Positions 9,459-18,798 of a stretch of DNA of 64,000 nt are shown piece after piece (position 1 is the first letter of the stretch; every line of letters begins with the position of its first letter). The DNA is from a bacterium UBP13_UBA5359. Lineage in GTDB: Bacteria > UBP13 > UBA5359. A program made the translations under genes and the position numbers. Under the pieces are notes generated by a model. The model was not told where the DNA came from and made no database searches. It saw only the letters and a program-made list of their open reading frames with translations. The stretch spans positions 84,643 through 148,642 of the forward strand of contig DHPR01000012.1 of the NCBI GenBank assembly GCA_002410925.1, read 5' to 3'.

Positions 9459-11357
9459 CTATTTTATATGACTGGGCGTAGCTACGCGTGCATAACCGAC
9501 ATAGGGCAGATCACAGCCCTCTTGCGTAAAGATCTTCTCCAGCTTAACTTCCAATTCCGGTATCTCTTTCAGCTCTCCGTCAAGGTACTTTGACAAACGA
9601 TCGGAAAGACTTTCCAGACGGGTACGCAAGCCGCCGTAGCGGCATTCCAGCACCTCAAGTCCGAAAGGCTTATAATCGTTGAGCCACATCTCTCTGTGAT
9701 ATCTCCAGAGATCATCGACAGCTGTACGCAACGCGGCCAGGTCCGATGCAGCTATACGTTGCAGGCGCTCTCTGTCTCCGGCAGCATAGGCAGCTGCCAG
9801 ATCCCGGCGCAACCCGAACTTTAGAGCGAGCACCCTGGACAAATGAGCAGGAAGCTGCAAACGGCGAGCAGACGGTTTCTTGGCAGCAGCTTCAAAGAGG
9901 TAATCCGCCAAATCATCGTAATGTTCACGCAGTTCCAAATGCTCCACATGCGGATCCATCAGGCTAAGAAGCGGATCCTGCCATAATAACCATTTGCTGA
10001 CATTATCCGCCAGAAAGGTATCGGCAGGATCCACGATTCCCGGCACTCTGTCCAGTTCACTGGCTTTGACCCAATCATCAAAATCGGCATCGCACGATCC
10101 TCGAAAGTTGCTCCTGAGCAATTCCGGGTCTACAGAATCGGCATAACAATGTTCAGCAAAGAACTGGATGCCAGGCAAGGATGAATAGATATCGCACTCC
10201 ATGCCGTCATCCCCCCACATAGTAACGAAAGCCTGCCGCAGGCCTTTCGCCTTACAGGCCTGCATGCAGGATTCGGTAACCGTAAGGGAGAAGGGCAATG
10301 CCGCCCAAAAATGGCTCCATGTCCAGATGCCGCCGGCCATGATCGGCTCAAAGCCGATAGCCCGATGCTTATCGATAAACTCTTCGTAGAAGTCTCTGCC
10401 TTTATGGTAATAATCCCAGTAAACCAGCTCGACATCCTTGGGAATGGCGGCAGCGACCTCTTGAGGTATAACAGCCTCTCTATCATAATAGGCATCTACC
10501 TTGGAGGCTACCCGAAAGTACATATCGCTCCAGATCATAGGACTCAATCCCAGCTTCTGACAGATGCCTATCATACGCTTCAAATGGTCATTGAAGATAT
10601 CGAAACGAGGCTTATCCCCAAAGAGTTTTTTGAAACGGCCGGTTCCCAAGCCGAAGGTCTCATCCATACCAATATGGATACGTTTGGATCTGAGCGGCGA
10701 TGATATAGCCCGGATCATTCTCTCCAACAGCTCGTACGTTTTTTCCCATTCCGCCAGAATGATGCCATCCGTATCACAGTATTCGGCATAAGCCGGCCAT
10801 TGCAGTACCGGCTCCAGATGACCCAGCGTCTGCATACAGGGTATGACCTCGATACCCAGATTAAAAGCATAATCATCTATTCGCTTGAGCTCGGCAGCAG
10901 AGTAGGCGCCTCGCAAGTAGCCGAACATCGGCTCACCTGGAACCTGATAGATATCTTTGGTATAAAGCATTAGAGTATTGATACCCATAAGAGCACAGCG
11001 TTTAAGCAAAGATTCAATTGTTTTCGGAGTCAGTACTCCGTTGCGTGAAACATCCAGCATAATGCCGGTCATATCAAAGCGAGCCTTCTCTGAAAAGCCT
11101 TGCCGTATTGCCTGCTCATCTGCTGCACCCAGAAGACGTCCCAGTGCTCGAAAAGCATAGCAGGGCCTGGCAAAGCACACTGTCAACCCATCATGACCGA
11201 AGACAACGGAGTTACCCGCACCCAGGCCATAGTCAGATATAAACCGCAGTTCGATCCCCGCAGGAGTGAATCTTTCAGGATACTCTGCCTTTATCTCCTG
11301 CAACCCACCTCTTATTTCTGGTGGCAAAGACTCTCTCTCTACATTGAAGGACAGCAT
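9459..11357 (-). CDS. beta-N-acetylhexosaminidase, GH20 (GcnA-like)
   Basis: MLDVSRN, QTLGHL, catalytic HIGMDE, WSDM and VYWDYY. Confidence 0.9.
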   Translation of the reverse strand: MLSFNVERESLPPEIRGGLQEIKAEYPERFTPAGIELRFISDYGLGAGNSVVFGHDGLTVCFARPCYAFRALGRLLGAADEQAIRQGFSEKARFDMTGIMLDVSRNGVLTPKTIESLLKRCALMGINTLMLYTKDIYQVPGEPMFGYLRGAYSAAELKRIDDYAFNLGIEVIPCMQTLGHLEPVLQWPAYAEYCDTDGIILAEWEKTYELLERMIRAISSPLRSKRIHIGMDETFGLGTGRFKKLFGDKPRFDIFNDHLKRMIGICQKLGLSPMIWSDMYFRVASKVDAYYDREAVIPQEVAAAIPKDVELVYWDYYHKGRDFYEEFIDKHRAIGFEPIMAGGIWTWSHFWAALPFSLTVTESCMQACKAKGLRQAFVTMWGDDGMECDIYSSLPGIQFFAEHCYADSVDPELLRSNFRGSCDADFDDWVKASELDRVPGIVDPADTFLADNVSKWLLWQDPLLSLMDPHVEHLELREHYDDLADYLFEAAAKKPSARRLQLPAHLSRVLALKFGLRRDLAAAYAAGDRERLQRIAASDLAALRTAVDDLWRYHREMWLNDYKPFGLEVLECRYGGLRTRLESLSDRLSKYLDGELKEIPELEVKLEKIFTQEGCDLPYVGYARVATPSHIK

Positions 11358-11524
11358 CTCTCTCCCCTTTTAACTGCTCCAGCCGGTGCCGGTTATTTTG
11401 TCGCTGTATAAATCATAACGCTCTGGCATAAAATTATATCTTCATTATTTGTCATATAATGTATATTTTTTGCTATTAGAGCTCTTTCATCTTTTGCATC
11501 CGGGGAAGAATAGACAGACCCTCA

Positions 11525-11995
11525 GCATCCCGACCTGACACCGGCAAAGCTGCCAACGCTGTGATCGATTTTTCAGCTTTATGTCGAGATCGTGAAGGAG
11601 CAGCGATTTGCACTGATACTCAGCGAATTCCAATATCTTGCAGAGACAGATCCCTCGGTTTCTTCGCAGATACAGGCATGGTGGAACACCTCGGGCCTTC
11701 GCAATCAAGCTTACATCGTATTATGCGGCTCGCATACAGGCATGATGAAATCTCTTGCCGGTACAAATCAGCCCCTTTACGGCCGGTTTACATCCCGCTG
11801 CAAGCTACAGCCCATGGCCTACTATAACACAGCGCTCTTCTATCAGAAGTCCAATTGGAGTACTCGTGATAAACTTATTGCTTGCGGCGTGCTTGGCGAA
11901 ACATCGAAATATCATGCCGTATTTTCATCTGATTATGATAGAAACAGCGACAAGAGATAAGGTGATCCTGCTTTCCGGTGATCAGATGATTTTAG
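11525..11995 (+). pseudogene. remnant of archaeal-type ATPase / DUF234 family gene
   Basis: Degenerate Walker B (SEFQY for DEFQY), LCGS and PLYGR motifs, GETSKY for GG.P.Y; in-frame TGA upstream, no Walker A, early stop; boundaries approximate. Confidence 0.65.
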
Positions 11996-12022
11996 CGCCA
12001 GTGCGGTCTGAAATTTTTGACT

Positions 12023-13069
12023 TTATCTTACCTCTATTTTGCACCCCGTTTTGCTGCTCTCGTAAGCAGCTTTAGCTACCTTGAGGATAAATAGCCCCTC
12101 TTCACCGGTACTCATGGTCGGGGCCTGCCCCTTCTCTATGCACTGCGACAGATAATCCATTTCAGCAGCATACATGTTGACAGGGCTGTAATCCACCCCC
12201 CGCTTGTCAACATCCAGGCTATCCTTGCTTTGCTGCGGATCGTAAGCTTTGGCATCGTCACTTAAATAAGCCGCCATCCGCCCGGTAGACGCCTGTCCTA
12301 TGGTGCCTTCGGCCTGAATGCTACCCTTGTTGCCGTAGAGCTCCAGCTTGCCCTGGCCAGCACTGTCGGGAATATTAAAGAAAGCATCTACCACTGCCTG
12401 AGCGCCATTTTCAAACTTCAGCATGGTGGTCGAGCTGTCATCAACCGGATATTTAAAAGTCAGCGTATCGGTAAAAGCAAAGACTTCCTTTATCTTCGAA
12501 CCAATGATGTACTGCAGCAGATCATAGCAATGGGTAGCCATATCTATCAGCGCACCGCCGCCGCCCAGCCTGGGGTCCTGGCGCCAGGCACCCGGCATAT
12601 CGGGATACCAGCAGCCCAGTTGCGCCCTGGCAAAAACCACCGGTCCTATCTCTCCAGCCTGCACCATCTCTCTGGCCTTGACGTTTAAAGCATGGTATTT
12701 CATCATATAGCCTTCGGTAAAATAGCACTCTGCTTGCCGGCAGGCTGCTATCATCTCTTCGGCCTCGGTCGCACTGGTGGATATGGGTTTTTCCACCATG
12801 ATATGTTTGCCGGCTGCAGCAGCTTGTAATACCTGCTTGTGATGCAGAAAGACAGGCGTGGCAATATAAACGGCCTCTATCTCAGGATCAGCCAGAAGAG
12901 AGGCCTCCGTATAAAAGGCTCTGGCCCCGATCTGACCGGCTACTTCATCAGCAACCTTCTTATCCACATCCATGACAGCCACAACCTTACTATCCTTGCA
13001 CTCGGCCAGAGCCGGTATCATCCTGCGCCTGGCAATGCCGCCGCAACCTATTATGCCCCATTTAACCAT
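12023..13069 (-). CDS. Gfo/Idh/MocA family oxidoreductase
   Basis: WGIIGCGGIA, EKP and GGGALIDMATH. Confidence 0.93.
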   Translation of the reverse strand: MVKWGIIGCGGIARRRMIPALAECKDSKVVAVMDVDKKVADEVAGQIGARAFYTEASLLADPEIEAVYIATPVFLHHKQVLQAAAAGKHIMVEKPISTSATEAEEMIAACRQAECYFTEGYMMKYHALNVKAREMVQAGEIGPVVFARAQLGCWYPDMPGAWRQDPRLGGGGALIDMATHCYDLLQYIIGSKIKEVFAFTDTLTFKYPVDDSSTTMLKFENGAQAVVDAFFNIPDSAGQGKLELYGNKGSIQAEGTIGQASTGRMAAYLSDDAKAYDPQQSKDSLDVDKRGVDYSPVNMYAAEMDYLSQCIEKGQAPTMSTGEEGLFILKVAKAAYESSKTGCKIEVR

Positions 13070-13087
13070 TCTGCTACCTCCGTTTTT

Positions 13088-13142
13088 AAAGATAGAATGC
13101 GAGTTTCAAAATACAAACTATTTCACTCTGCACTCCATCTTT
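13088..13142 (-). other. long intergenic RNA stem-loop
   Basis: AAAGAUGGAGUGCAGAGU pairs with ACUCGCAUUCUAUCUUU (17 bp, two G-U pairs, one bulge) on the coding strand. Confidence 0.5.
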
Positions 13143-13210
13143 ATTTTCAGATATCTCTTATCAGCTAAACAAGGAGCTGAAATCCGGTTTTATAAAGAGA
13201 TCAACCCCTT

Positions 13211-14512
13211 TTAACTGCTATGAATGATTTTCTGCTTTGCATAAGCAGCCGCCACCTTCAGGATAGCTTTAGCAATAAGCTTCATATGGCTCTGGTCCAT
13301 GGTGGGATGTACCACTGTAAAGAAGGTCCTCTCCTCCAGCCAGGCGGCATTGGCACAGAAGACATCGGCGTATTTGATCGCTTCAGGGTTGGTGTATTCC
13401 TTGGATTTAAAGGGAAATTTGTGGCTGCCGAAGCCACCGTGCTCGGTAAAAGCTTTCTCTTTATATGCCTGCGGCCAGAGCACCGGGCCTACCGGGATAC
13501 CCTCGGCTTCCAGCGCTTTGGTGAAACTCTTGACGTCACAAGTCAGCTTCTCCAAATCGATGACGATAGGGAAGAGCCAAAAGGCATTCTGTTTTTCATC
13601 ATTATCCACCGGCAGATATAGAAGCTGCGGGCAATCCTTAAGCGCCCCGAGCAGGTATTCTCCATTAGCTCGGCGGTTCTTCAGGTTCCAACTGTCCAAT
13701 TTTTCCAGACACTTGAGGCCTATCACCGATTGCATCTCGGTCAGACGATAATTGAAGCCCACCATATTATGAATGTAAGGCAGTTTGGCTTCCAGTTCAA
13801 GCATATTTATCCTATGACGGACATCGTAACCGTGATCACGAAAAGAACGACATATCCAGGCAACGTCTTCGTCGTTAGTCACCACACAGCCGCCCTCGCC
13901 GCCGGTGGTGAAGTGCTTGCTCTGGCAGAAACTAAAGGCGCCGGCATGTCCGATAGAGCCCACTTTGCGTCCTTTATACTTACCGCCGTGCGCCTGAGCA
14001 CAATCCTCTACCACTACCAGGTTATGCTTGTGGGCTATATCCATGATAGGATCCATGTCGCATATCTGGCCGTAGAGATGGACCGGGATTATGGCCTTGG
14101 TCCTGGACGTTATCTTGCGCTCGATATCCAGAGGATCAATGGTGTGGTCTTCCTTCCTGACATCGGCAAATACAGGAATAGCACCCGCCTGCAGTACGCA
14201 GAAGCTGGAGGCAATAAAGGAATAAGATGTGACAATGACCTCGTCGCCAGGGCCTACGCCTAGTCCGGCCAGTGCCGTGTGCAGAGCGGCAGTGCCATTA
14301 GCGGTGGAGATACCGAACTTGCATCCCACCCAATCAGCAAACTTCTGCTCAAACTCCATGCCTTTGGAGCCCGTCCAGTAATTGACTTTACCGGAACGCA
14401 GAGGCTCCATAGCAGCCTGAATACTTTCTTCATCGAATACCGGCCATCCAGGCAGCCTGATCTCCGGACCTACTACCGGATTTCCACCCTCTATGGCTAA
14501 CTTTTCAGACAT
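13211..14512 (-). CDS. DegT/DnrJ/EryC1/StrS family PLP aminotransferase
   Basis: NGTAAL, EDCAQAHG, FSFCQSKHFTTGGEGG (PLP lysine) and GFNYRLTEMQ. Confidence 0.93.
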   Translation of the reverse strand: MSEKLAIEGGNPVVGPEIRLPGWPVFDEESIQAAMEPLRSGKVNYWTGSKGMEFEQKFADWVGCKFGISTANGTAALHTALAGLGVGPGDEVIVTSYSFIASSFCVLQAGAIPVFADVRKEDHTIDPLDIERKITSRTKAIIPVHLYGQICDMDPIMDIAHKHNLVVVEDCAQAHGGKYKGRKVGSIGHAGAFSFCQSKHFTTGGEGGCVVTNDEDVAWICRSFRDHGYDVRHRINMLELEAKLPYIHNMVGFNYRLTEMQSVIGLKCLEKLDSWNLKNRRANGEYLLGALKDCPQLLYLPVDNDEKQNAFWLFPIVIDLEKLTCDVKSFTKALEAEGIPVGPVLWPQAYKEKAFTEHGGFGSHKFPFKSKEYTNPEAIKYADVFCANAAWLEERTFFTVVHPTMDQSHMKLIAKAILKVAAAYAKQKIIHSS

Positions 14513-14559
14513 ATTCCGTCTCTCCTTTTTAGCTTTTTAGTAATATGGAAGTATATTAT

Positions 14560-15894
14560 TCAGCTCTGACGGTACTTATCATGAATCTCCTCATGCAGCT
14601 GCCGCAGCATTTCCAGCAGAGCGGATACTACGGTTTCAGCAGCCCCCTCATCCAAAGAACTGCTGAGACTGGTGGGCACAACCTCATACCCTCCCTCAGC
14701 AAAGGCCTCTCGGGTAGGTATATATCCCTGATAGCCGTTGGCATATGACGTTACCAGCGTTTTAGAAAAGGGTGATTCTGATTTAATATCCAGCGCCAGC
14801 TCAGCAAACGGCTCACCGGGTATGGCAGCTATGGCCACATCTCCAACAGCAATAACTTGAAGAGGTATTACAGCCGGGGAATCCTGCATCTCAGCCAGCT
14901 TGAACAGCTCAGAGGCATAGACACTCTCGCTCAATCCGTCTACCAATGCTTCCTTCTTTCCCTTGTTTCTGGCCAGTATCTTTCGGGCATGCGCCAGGGC
15001 CTCTATCGAAATGCGGCGATGTGGTATCTCAATCTCACCGGCTACCGCTCTCACTTCTCCATCACTGATAGGCGAAGCTGATTCGGCTACAGGAATAACA
15101 GCTTTCAAAAGCATATACCCCAATCTATCCACTTCAGAAAAGCCTCGTCCCTGTTCAGGATTATAGATATCTATATGGTTGATATTTCCGGTGGCACCGT
15201 TAAAGAATATGGCTACACCACCAAAATGCTCCTCCAGACCATCCACCAGAACACCAGGCCAGTCACGTGAATAAAGAAAATTATCTCCGGCTAGAACGGC
15301 GGGATGATTGGCATAATTAACCAGCGTGGCTATACGTTCACCTTCAGGAGAATCAAAATTCAGAAGAATAATTTCCGAATCCTTCCTGCCCACCGGCCCT
15401 TCTGCTTGCGCCGGATCAAGCCCTTCCCAGTTCATGCAAAGCGAGCCGTCCTTCATCCTGATGCGCCGGATATGCGCCATGTCATCGCATATACCCGTAC
15501 CCAAGCTGATGGTGACATCGGTCATGGAAGAGAGTGCCGCCTTGCCGGCATCAGCGGCCCTCTTAAACATATCGCCCATATATGCCGGATCACTTTCATA
15601 GAAAAGATCGGTAGCCGGTCCGGCATGATTATGAATGGCCGCCACCAGAATATTTCCTTCCGGCAATCCAGTACGCCCAGCCAGCTCCTGCCTGATCTTT
15701 TTGGCCTGATCATTCTTGACGGCGCAGATATCCAGAGAGATCAGCAGAACGCTCTGTCTGCCGTCCCCTATAGCCAGCACCCGACAGAATAAGGGGTCAT
15801 GCACTCCTTTGGCGCCTTCAACTCGTGCGTTTCCCTCCATCATCAATCCTGGCGGCGGAGTAATATCTATCTTCGCGATGCCTGCTTTATACAT
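14560..15894 (-). CDS. neutral/alkaline ceramidase-like amidohydrolase
   Basis: AGIAKIDITPP, HNHAGP, NYANHP, NGATGN, PGEPF and GYIPT..AF.EGGYE; start moved to ATG 15894 (MYKAG) with a GGGG RBS. Confidence 0.75.
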   Translation of the reverse strand: MYKAGIAKIDITPPPGLMMEGNARVEGAKGVHDPLFCRVLAIGDGRQSVLLISLDICAVKNDQAKKIRQELAGRTGLPEGNILVAAIHNHAGPATDLFYESDPAYMGDMFKRAADAGKAALSSMTDVTISLGTGICDDMAHIRRIRMKDGSLCMNWEGLDPAQAEGPVGRKDSEIILLNFDSPEGERIATLVNYANHPAVLAGDNFLYSRDWPGVLVDGLEEHFGGVAIFFNGATGNINHIDIYNPEQGRGFSEVDRLGYMLLKAVIPVAESASPISDGEVRAVAGEIEIPHRRISIEALAHARKILARNKGKKEALVDGLSESVYASELFKLAEMQDSPAVIPLQVIAVGDVAIAAIPGEPFAELALDIKSESPFSKTLVTSYANGYQGYIPTREAFAEGGYEVVPTSLSSSLDEGAAETVVSALLEMLRQLHEEIHDKYRQS

Positions 15895-16073
15895 CCGGAA
15901 TTTCCCCCAACTTGCCTGACAGCCCAATAAAAAGCCCCTTACAGGCACTTTATCAGATAATTTCCGATAAGTCAATACAACGAGATCAAAGGGCTTATTG
16001 CAACATAAATATGTCCTGTGTACTGCTTTGAATAAGCGTTGATCTTACTTAAAGATTAAAACAGAAAATAATT

Positions 16074-16268
16074 CTATTGCTTGCCCTGCATACACACAAT
16101 CTTGCGATAAGCAGAGGGTGTTATTCCCATAATCTGCCTGAAATTATGATTGAATATGAGAATACCATTGAAGCCGACAATCCGTGGTATCGAGGCTATT
16201 TTGAGCGCTGGGTCATTCTCCAGCAACCGCTTGGCCTCAATGATACGGCGCTGGATGATATACTGTAA
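16074..16268 (-). pseudogene. AraC family regulator C-terminal HTH remnant
   Basis: Manual translation LQYIIQRRIIEAKRLLENDPALKIASIPRIVGFNGILIFNHNFRQIMGITPSAYRK; in-frame TGA a few codons upstream and no start codon. Confidence 0.75.
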
Positions 16269-16306
16269 CCTCCTGACCCCGCATACTCACCATACTCACG
16301 CATAAA

Positions 16307-17494
16307 CTATATGGTCAGCACTCCTTCGACCTCGTAGACTTCTCTCAGAGCCAGGGCAGCCGCACCCAGGGCGGCTCCGCCATGCAGGGATGAGACCTGG
16401 ACCGTCAGTTGGCGTAAAGAGGAGCTTAAAGCATGAGCCGATAGATCCCGTCGTGCACTTTCCACCAACGGAGAGTCTTCCCAGGCAAGGGGACCGGCAA
16501 AGATCAACATACGCGGATTGAAGAGATTGACAGCATTGGCTACAGCCATGCCGATATGCTTACCCGCTTGTTTAAGAAGATTTACAACCTCCTTATCGCC
16601 TGCGACAGCCGCCTCTTTCAGCCTATTTAAATCCTCGGATGAATATCTGCCGGATTGCCTGATACCGGATATCTTTTCCAACAAGGCTCTGCCGGAGGCC
16701 AAAGCCTCCAGGCAGCCTCTGTTACCGCAATAACACAGCGGGCCATCTCGCTTTATTACGGTATGTCCCATCTCCCCGGAACTGTTGCTCGTGCCGCGAT
16801 ATATTCTGCCCTCACTGTAAATACCCAGACCGATACCGATATCTATATCTACCAGCAGAAAGTTTTCCACTCCCCTTGCCCGGCCGAACCAGCTTTCGGC
16901 TATGGCCATGCTGCGGGAGGAATCCTCAATGCTTACCGGTATACCGTAACGTTCGGCCAGCATATCGCCAACGGGAATATCTTTAAATCCCGGAATATTG
17001 ACACTCAATAAAAATCCGGAACCTTCCGGCATCATAACGCCGGGAGCAGCAAAACCTATTTGCCTGGCAGCTCCGGATCTTCCAAAGCTTCCAATCAAGC
17101 TGTCTATCAGCCTGAAAACAGCTCTCATCAGGCTCTCTCTGTCGGCATCGGGACTTATATCCTGAAAACTTTTAGCCTGAATCGCTCCATCCAGACCGCA
17201 TCGTACAGCTACAACCCTTCCCGGATTCAAAGCCGCTCCTATAAAAGACTCGCTATCAGATCTGATTCTCAAAAGCTGTCTGGGCCGTCCTATAGCCGGA
17301 TTGCTCAGACCGCAGCTCTCCAGCCACCCTTCTGACAGCAGCTCTCCGGTTATATTTGTAAGGCTCTTTGAATCCAGTCCCGTAGCCTCAGTCATTTCCG
17401 CCCGGGAGAGCGTACCGTTGATACGCAGCAGGTTCATGACCCTGGCTCGGTTGATGCGTTTCATCAGGCTGTGGTTGCCGATTAAATAATGCAA
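16307..17494 (-). CDS. ROK family transcriptional repressor (NagC/XylR-like)
   Basis: N-terminal LSRAEM..ATGL HTH; GEMGH...CYCGNRGCLEA ROK motif. Confidence 0.9.
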   Translation of the reverse strand: MHYLIGNHSLMKRINRARVMNLLRINGTLSRAEMTEATGLDSKSLTNITGELLSEGWLESCGLSNPAIGRPRQLLRIRSDSESFIGAALNPGRVVAVRCGLDGAIQAKSFQDISPDADRESLMRAVFRLIDSLIGSFGRSGAARQIGFAAPGVMMPEGSGFLLSVNIPGFKDIPVGDMLAERYGIPVSIEDSSRSMAIAESWFGRARGVENFLLVDIDIGIGLGIYSEGRIYRGTSNSSGEMGHTVIKRDGPLCYCGNRGCLEALASGRALLEKISGIRQSGRYSSEDLNRLKEAAVAGDKEVVNLLKQAGKHIGMAVANAVNLFNPRMLIFAGPLAWEDSPLVESARRDLSAHALSSSLRQLTVQVSSLHGGAALGAAALALREVYEVEGVLTI

Positions 17495-17560
17495 GAGAAT
17501 ACTCCGTCAATATACTTGCTGGCGATATTATATCATAAGATCGTCCCGAGCAGTGGTACA

Positions 17561-17607
17561 GGCAACTTCCTCTCCTGCCCGGCCACCGGAAAGGAGAGGA
17601 AGCTGCC
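17561..17607 (-). terminator. long inverted repeat downstream of the M23 gene (3' stem-loop or terminator)
   Basis: GGCAACTTCCTCTCCT...AGGAGAGGAAGCTGCC 16-bp stem; no clear U-tract. Confidence 0.45.
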
Positions 17608-17636
17608 GCCCGTCGTTTTCCTGATTATTAGATTAT

Positions 17637-18506
17637 TTATTTGATCCAGCCTTTGAGATAAGGAACAGGGTTTACGGCACTACCGTTTTTACGCACCTCA
17701 AAGTGCAAATGCGGCCCGGTAGATAGGCCCGTTGATCCACTTCTGGCTATGACCTGCCCTCGAGCAACCCTCTGCCCCGGCTTGACTGAGAGAACGGAAT
17801 TATGGCCGTAACGGGTAGTCAACCCATTCCCGTGATCTATAATGACCAGCTTGCCGTAACCACCGGCATTTCTGGCCAGGATAACCTTGCCGTCACGACA
17901 GGCCTTGACCGGTGTTCCGGCAGGTACCGCTATATCCAAACCGGCATGCAAACGCTTGCTTCTCGATACCGGATGTACCCTTAAGCCGAAACGCGATGTA
18001 ATGCATCCGCTGGAAACCGGCCGTAGAAAGCGTTGAGGTTTGGAAAGCTGCTTCTTCGGCGGTGCAACCTCCAACCGGCCACCCGGAACGATCACTTTGG
18101 TACCGGGCGCCAATCCTTCATGATCATCGATATCGGGATTAGCGTTCAACAATGTCTCCAGAGGAATTTTATAAAGGGCAGCTATCTCATCAAGAGTCTC
18201 TCCCTCTTTCCCATTGTGAATAACACCATCTACGGGTGGTAGATTGAGTATTTGATTTACCTTGATAATGTTCGGATTCACAATATCATTGGACCATTGC
18301 AATGTGGTAAGCTGTAAACCGTGCATCCCGGCGATCTTACACAGAGTATCGCCCTTTTTAACTACATAGGTAGATATTACCCCCGGCTTAATTGCTGCTT
18401 TACCGGAATTAACATCACCCTCACTGTCCTGAGCTTCGGCCGGTTGCTGACCGCCGACCATGCCCAGATAGATCGCAGCCGCTGCTGCCAGCAGCTTGAT
18501 ATCCAT
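17637..18506 (-). CDS. LysM-domain M23 family peptidoglycan endopeptidase
   Basis: Signal peptide, two LysM repeats (YVVKKGDTL), HAGLD and GPHLHFE. Confidence 0.93.
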   Translation of the reverse strand: MDIKLLAAAAAIYLGMVGGQQPAEAQDSEGDVNSGKAAIKPGVISTYVVKKGDTLCKIAGMHGLQLTTLQWSNDIVNPNIIKVNQILNLPPVDGVIHNGKEGETLDEIAALYKIPLETLLNANPDIDDHEGLAPGTKVIVPGGRLEVAPPKKQLSKPQRFLRPVSSGCITSRFGLRVHPVSRSKRLHAGLDIAVPAGTPVKACRDGKVILARNAGGYGKLVIIDHGNGLTTRYGHNSVLSVKPGQRVARGQVIARSGSTGLSTGPHLHFEVRKNGSAVNPVPYLKGWIK

Positions 18507-18524
18507 TTTTTACCTTCCCCCATA

Positions 18525-18635
18525 TTGCCGACGAGGTTAGCTGACGGGTAACGGCCGGTGGATAGCCTATTCGTCCAAGCGAAATTCACCCCTAACAACG
18601 GTTCCCCCGCTCTTTTTGCGAAGATTAGGCTCTGT
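18525..18635 (-). ncRNA. cyclic di-AMP (ydaO/yuaA) riboswitch
   Basis: Minus strand reads GCCTAATC...GGGGGAACC...GGGGTGAAT...TAGG...CCCGTCAGCTAACCTCGTCGGC, the family consensus blocks, upstream of a cell-wall hydrolase. Confidence 0.9.
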
Positions 18636-18643
18636 TTGGGCAT

Positions 18644-18672
18644 ATGGTACATGATTGATATTTTTGTGTCAA
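18644..18672 (-). promoter_or_regulatory. sigma70/sigmaA promoter TTGACA-N17-TACCAT
   Basis: Immediately upstream of the riboswitch. Confidence 0.6.
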
Positions 18673-18798
18673 GAATAGCTGTAATAGCTATTGTATGCTT
18701 ATAACTCTAACAACCGCTTGGTATATTATGATGACTTCACCGTTGCGAAAACAGGCATTTGTTAATACCTTTTTGCTCTTTTTGAACCCTTTGCGTTT

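Noticed and set aside
16077-16268. 63-aa plus-strand ORF
   Set aside because: It is the antisense of an AraC remnant
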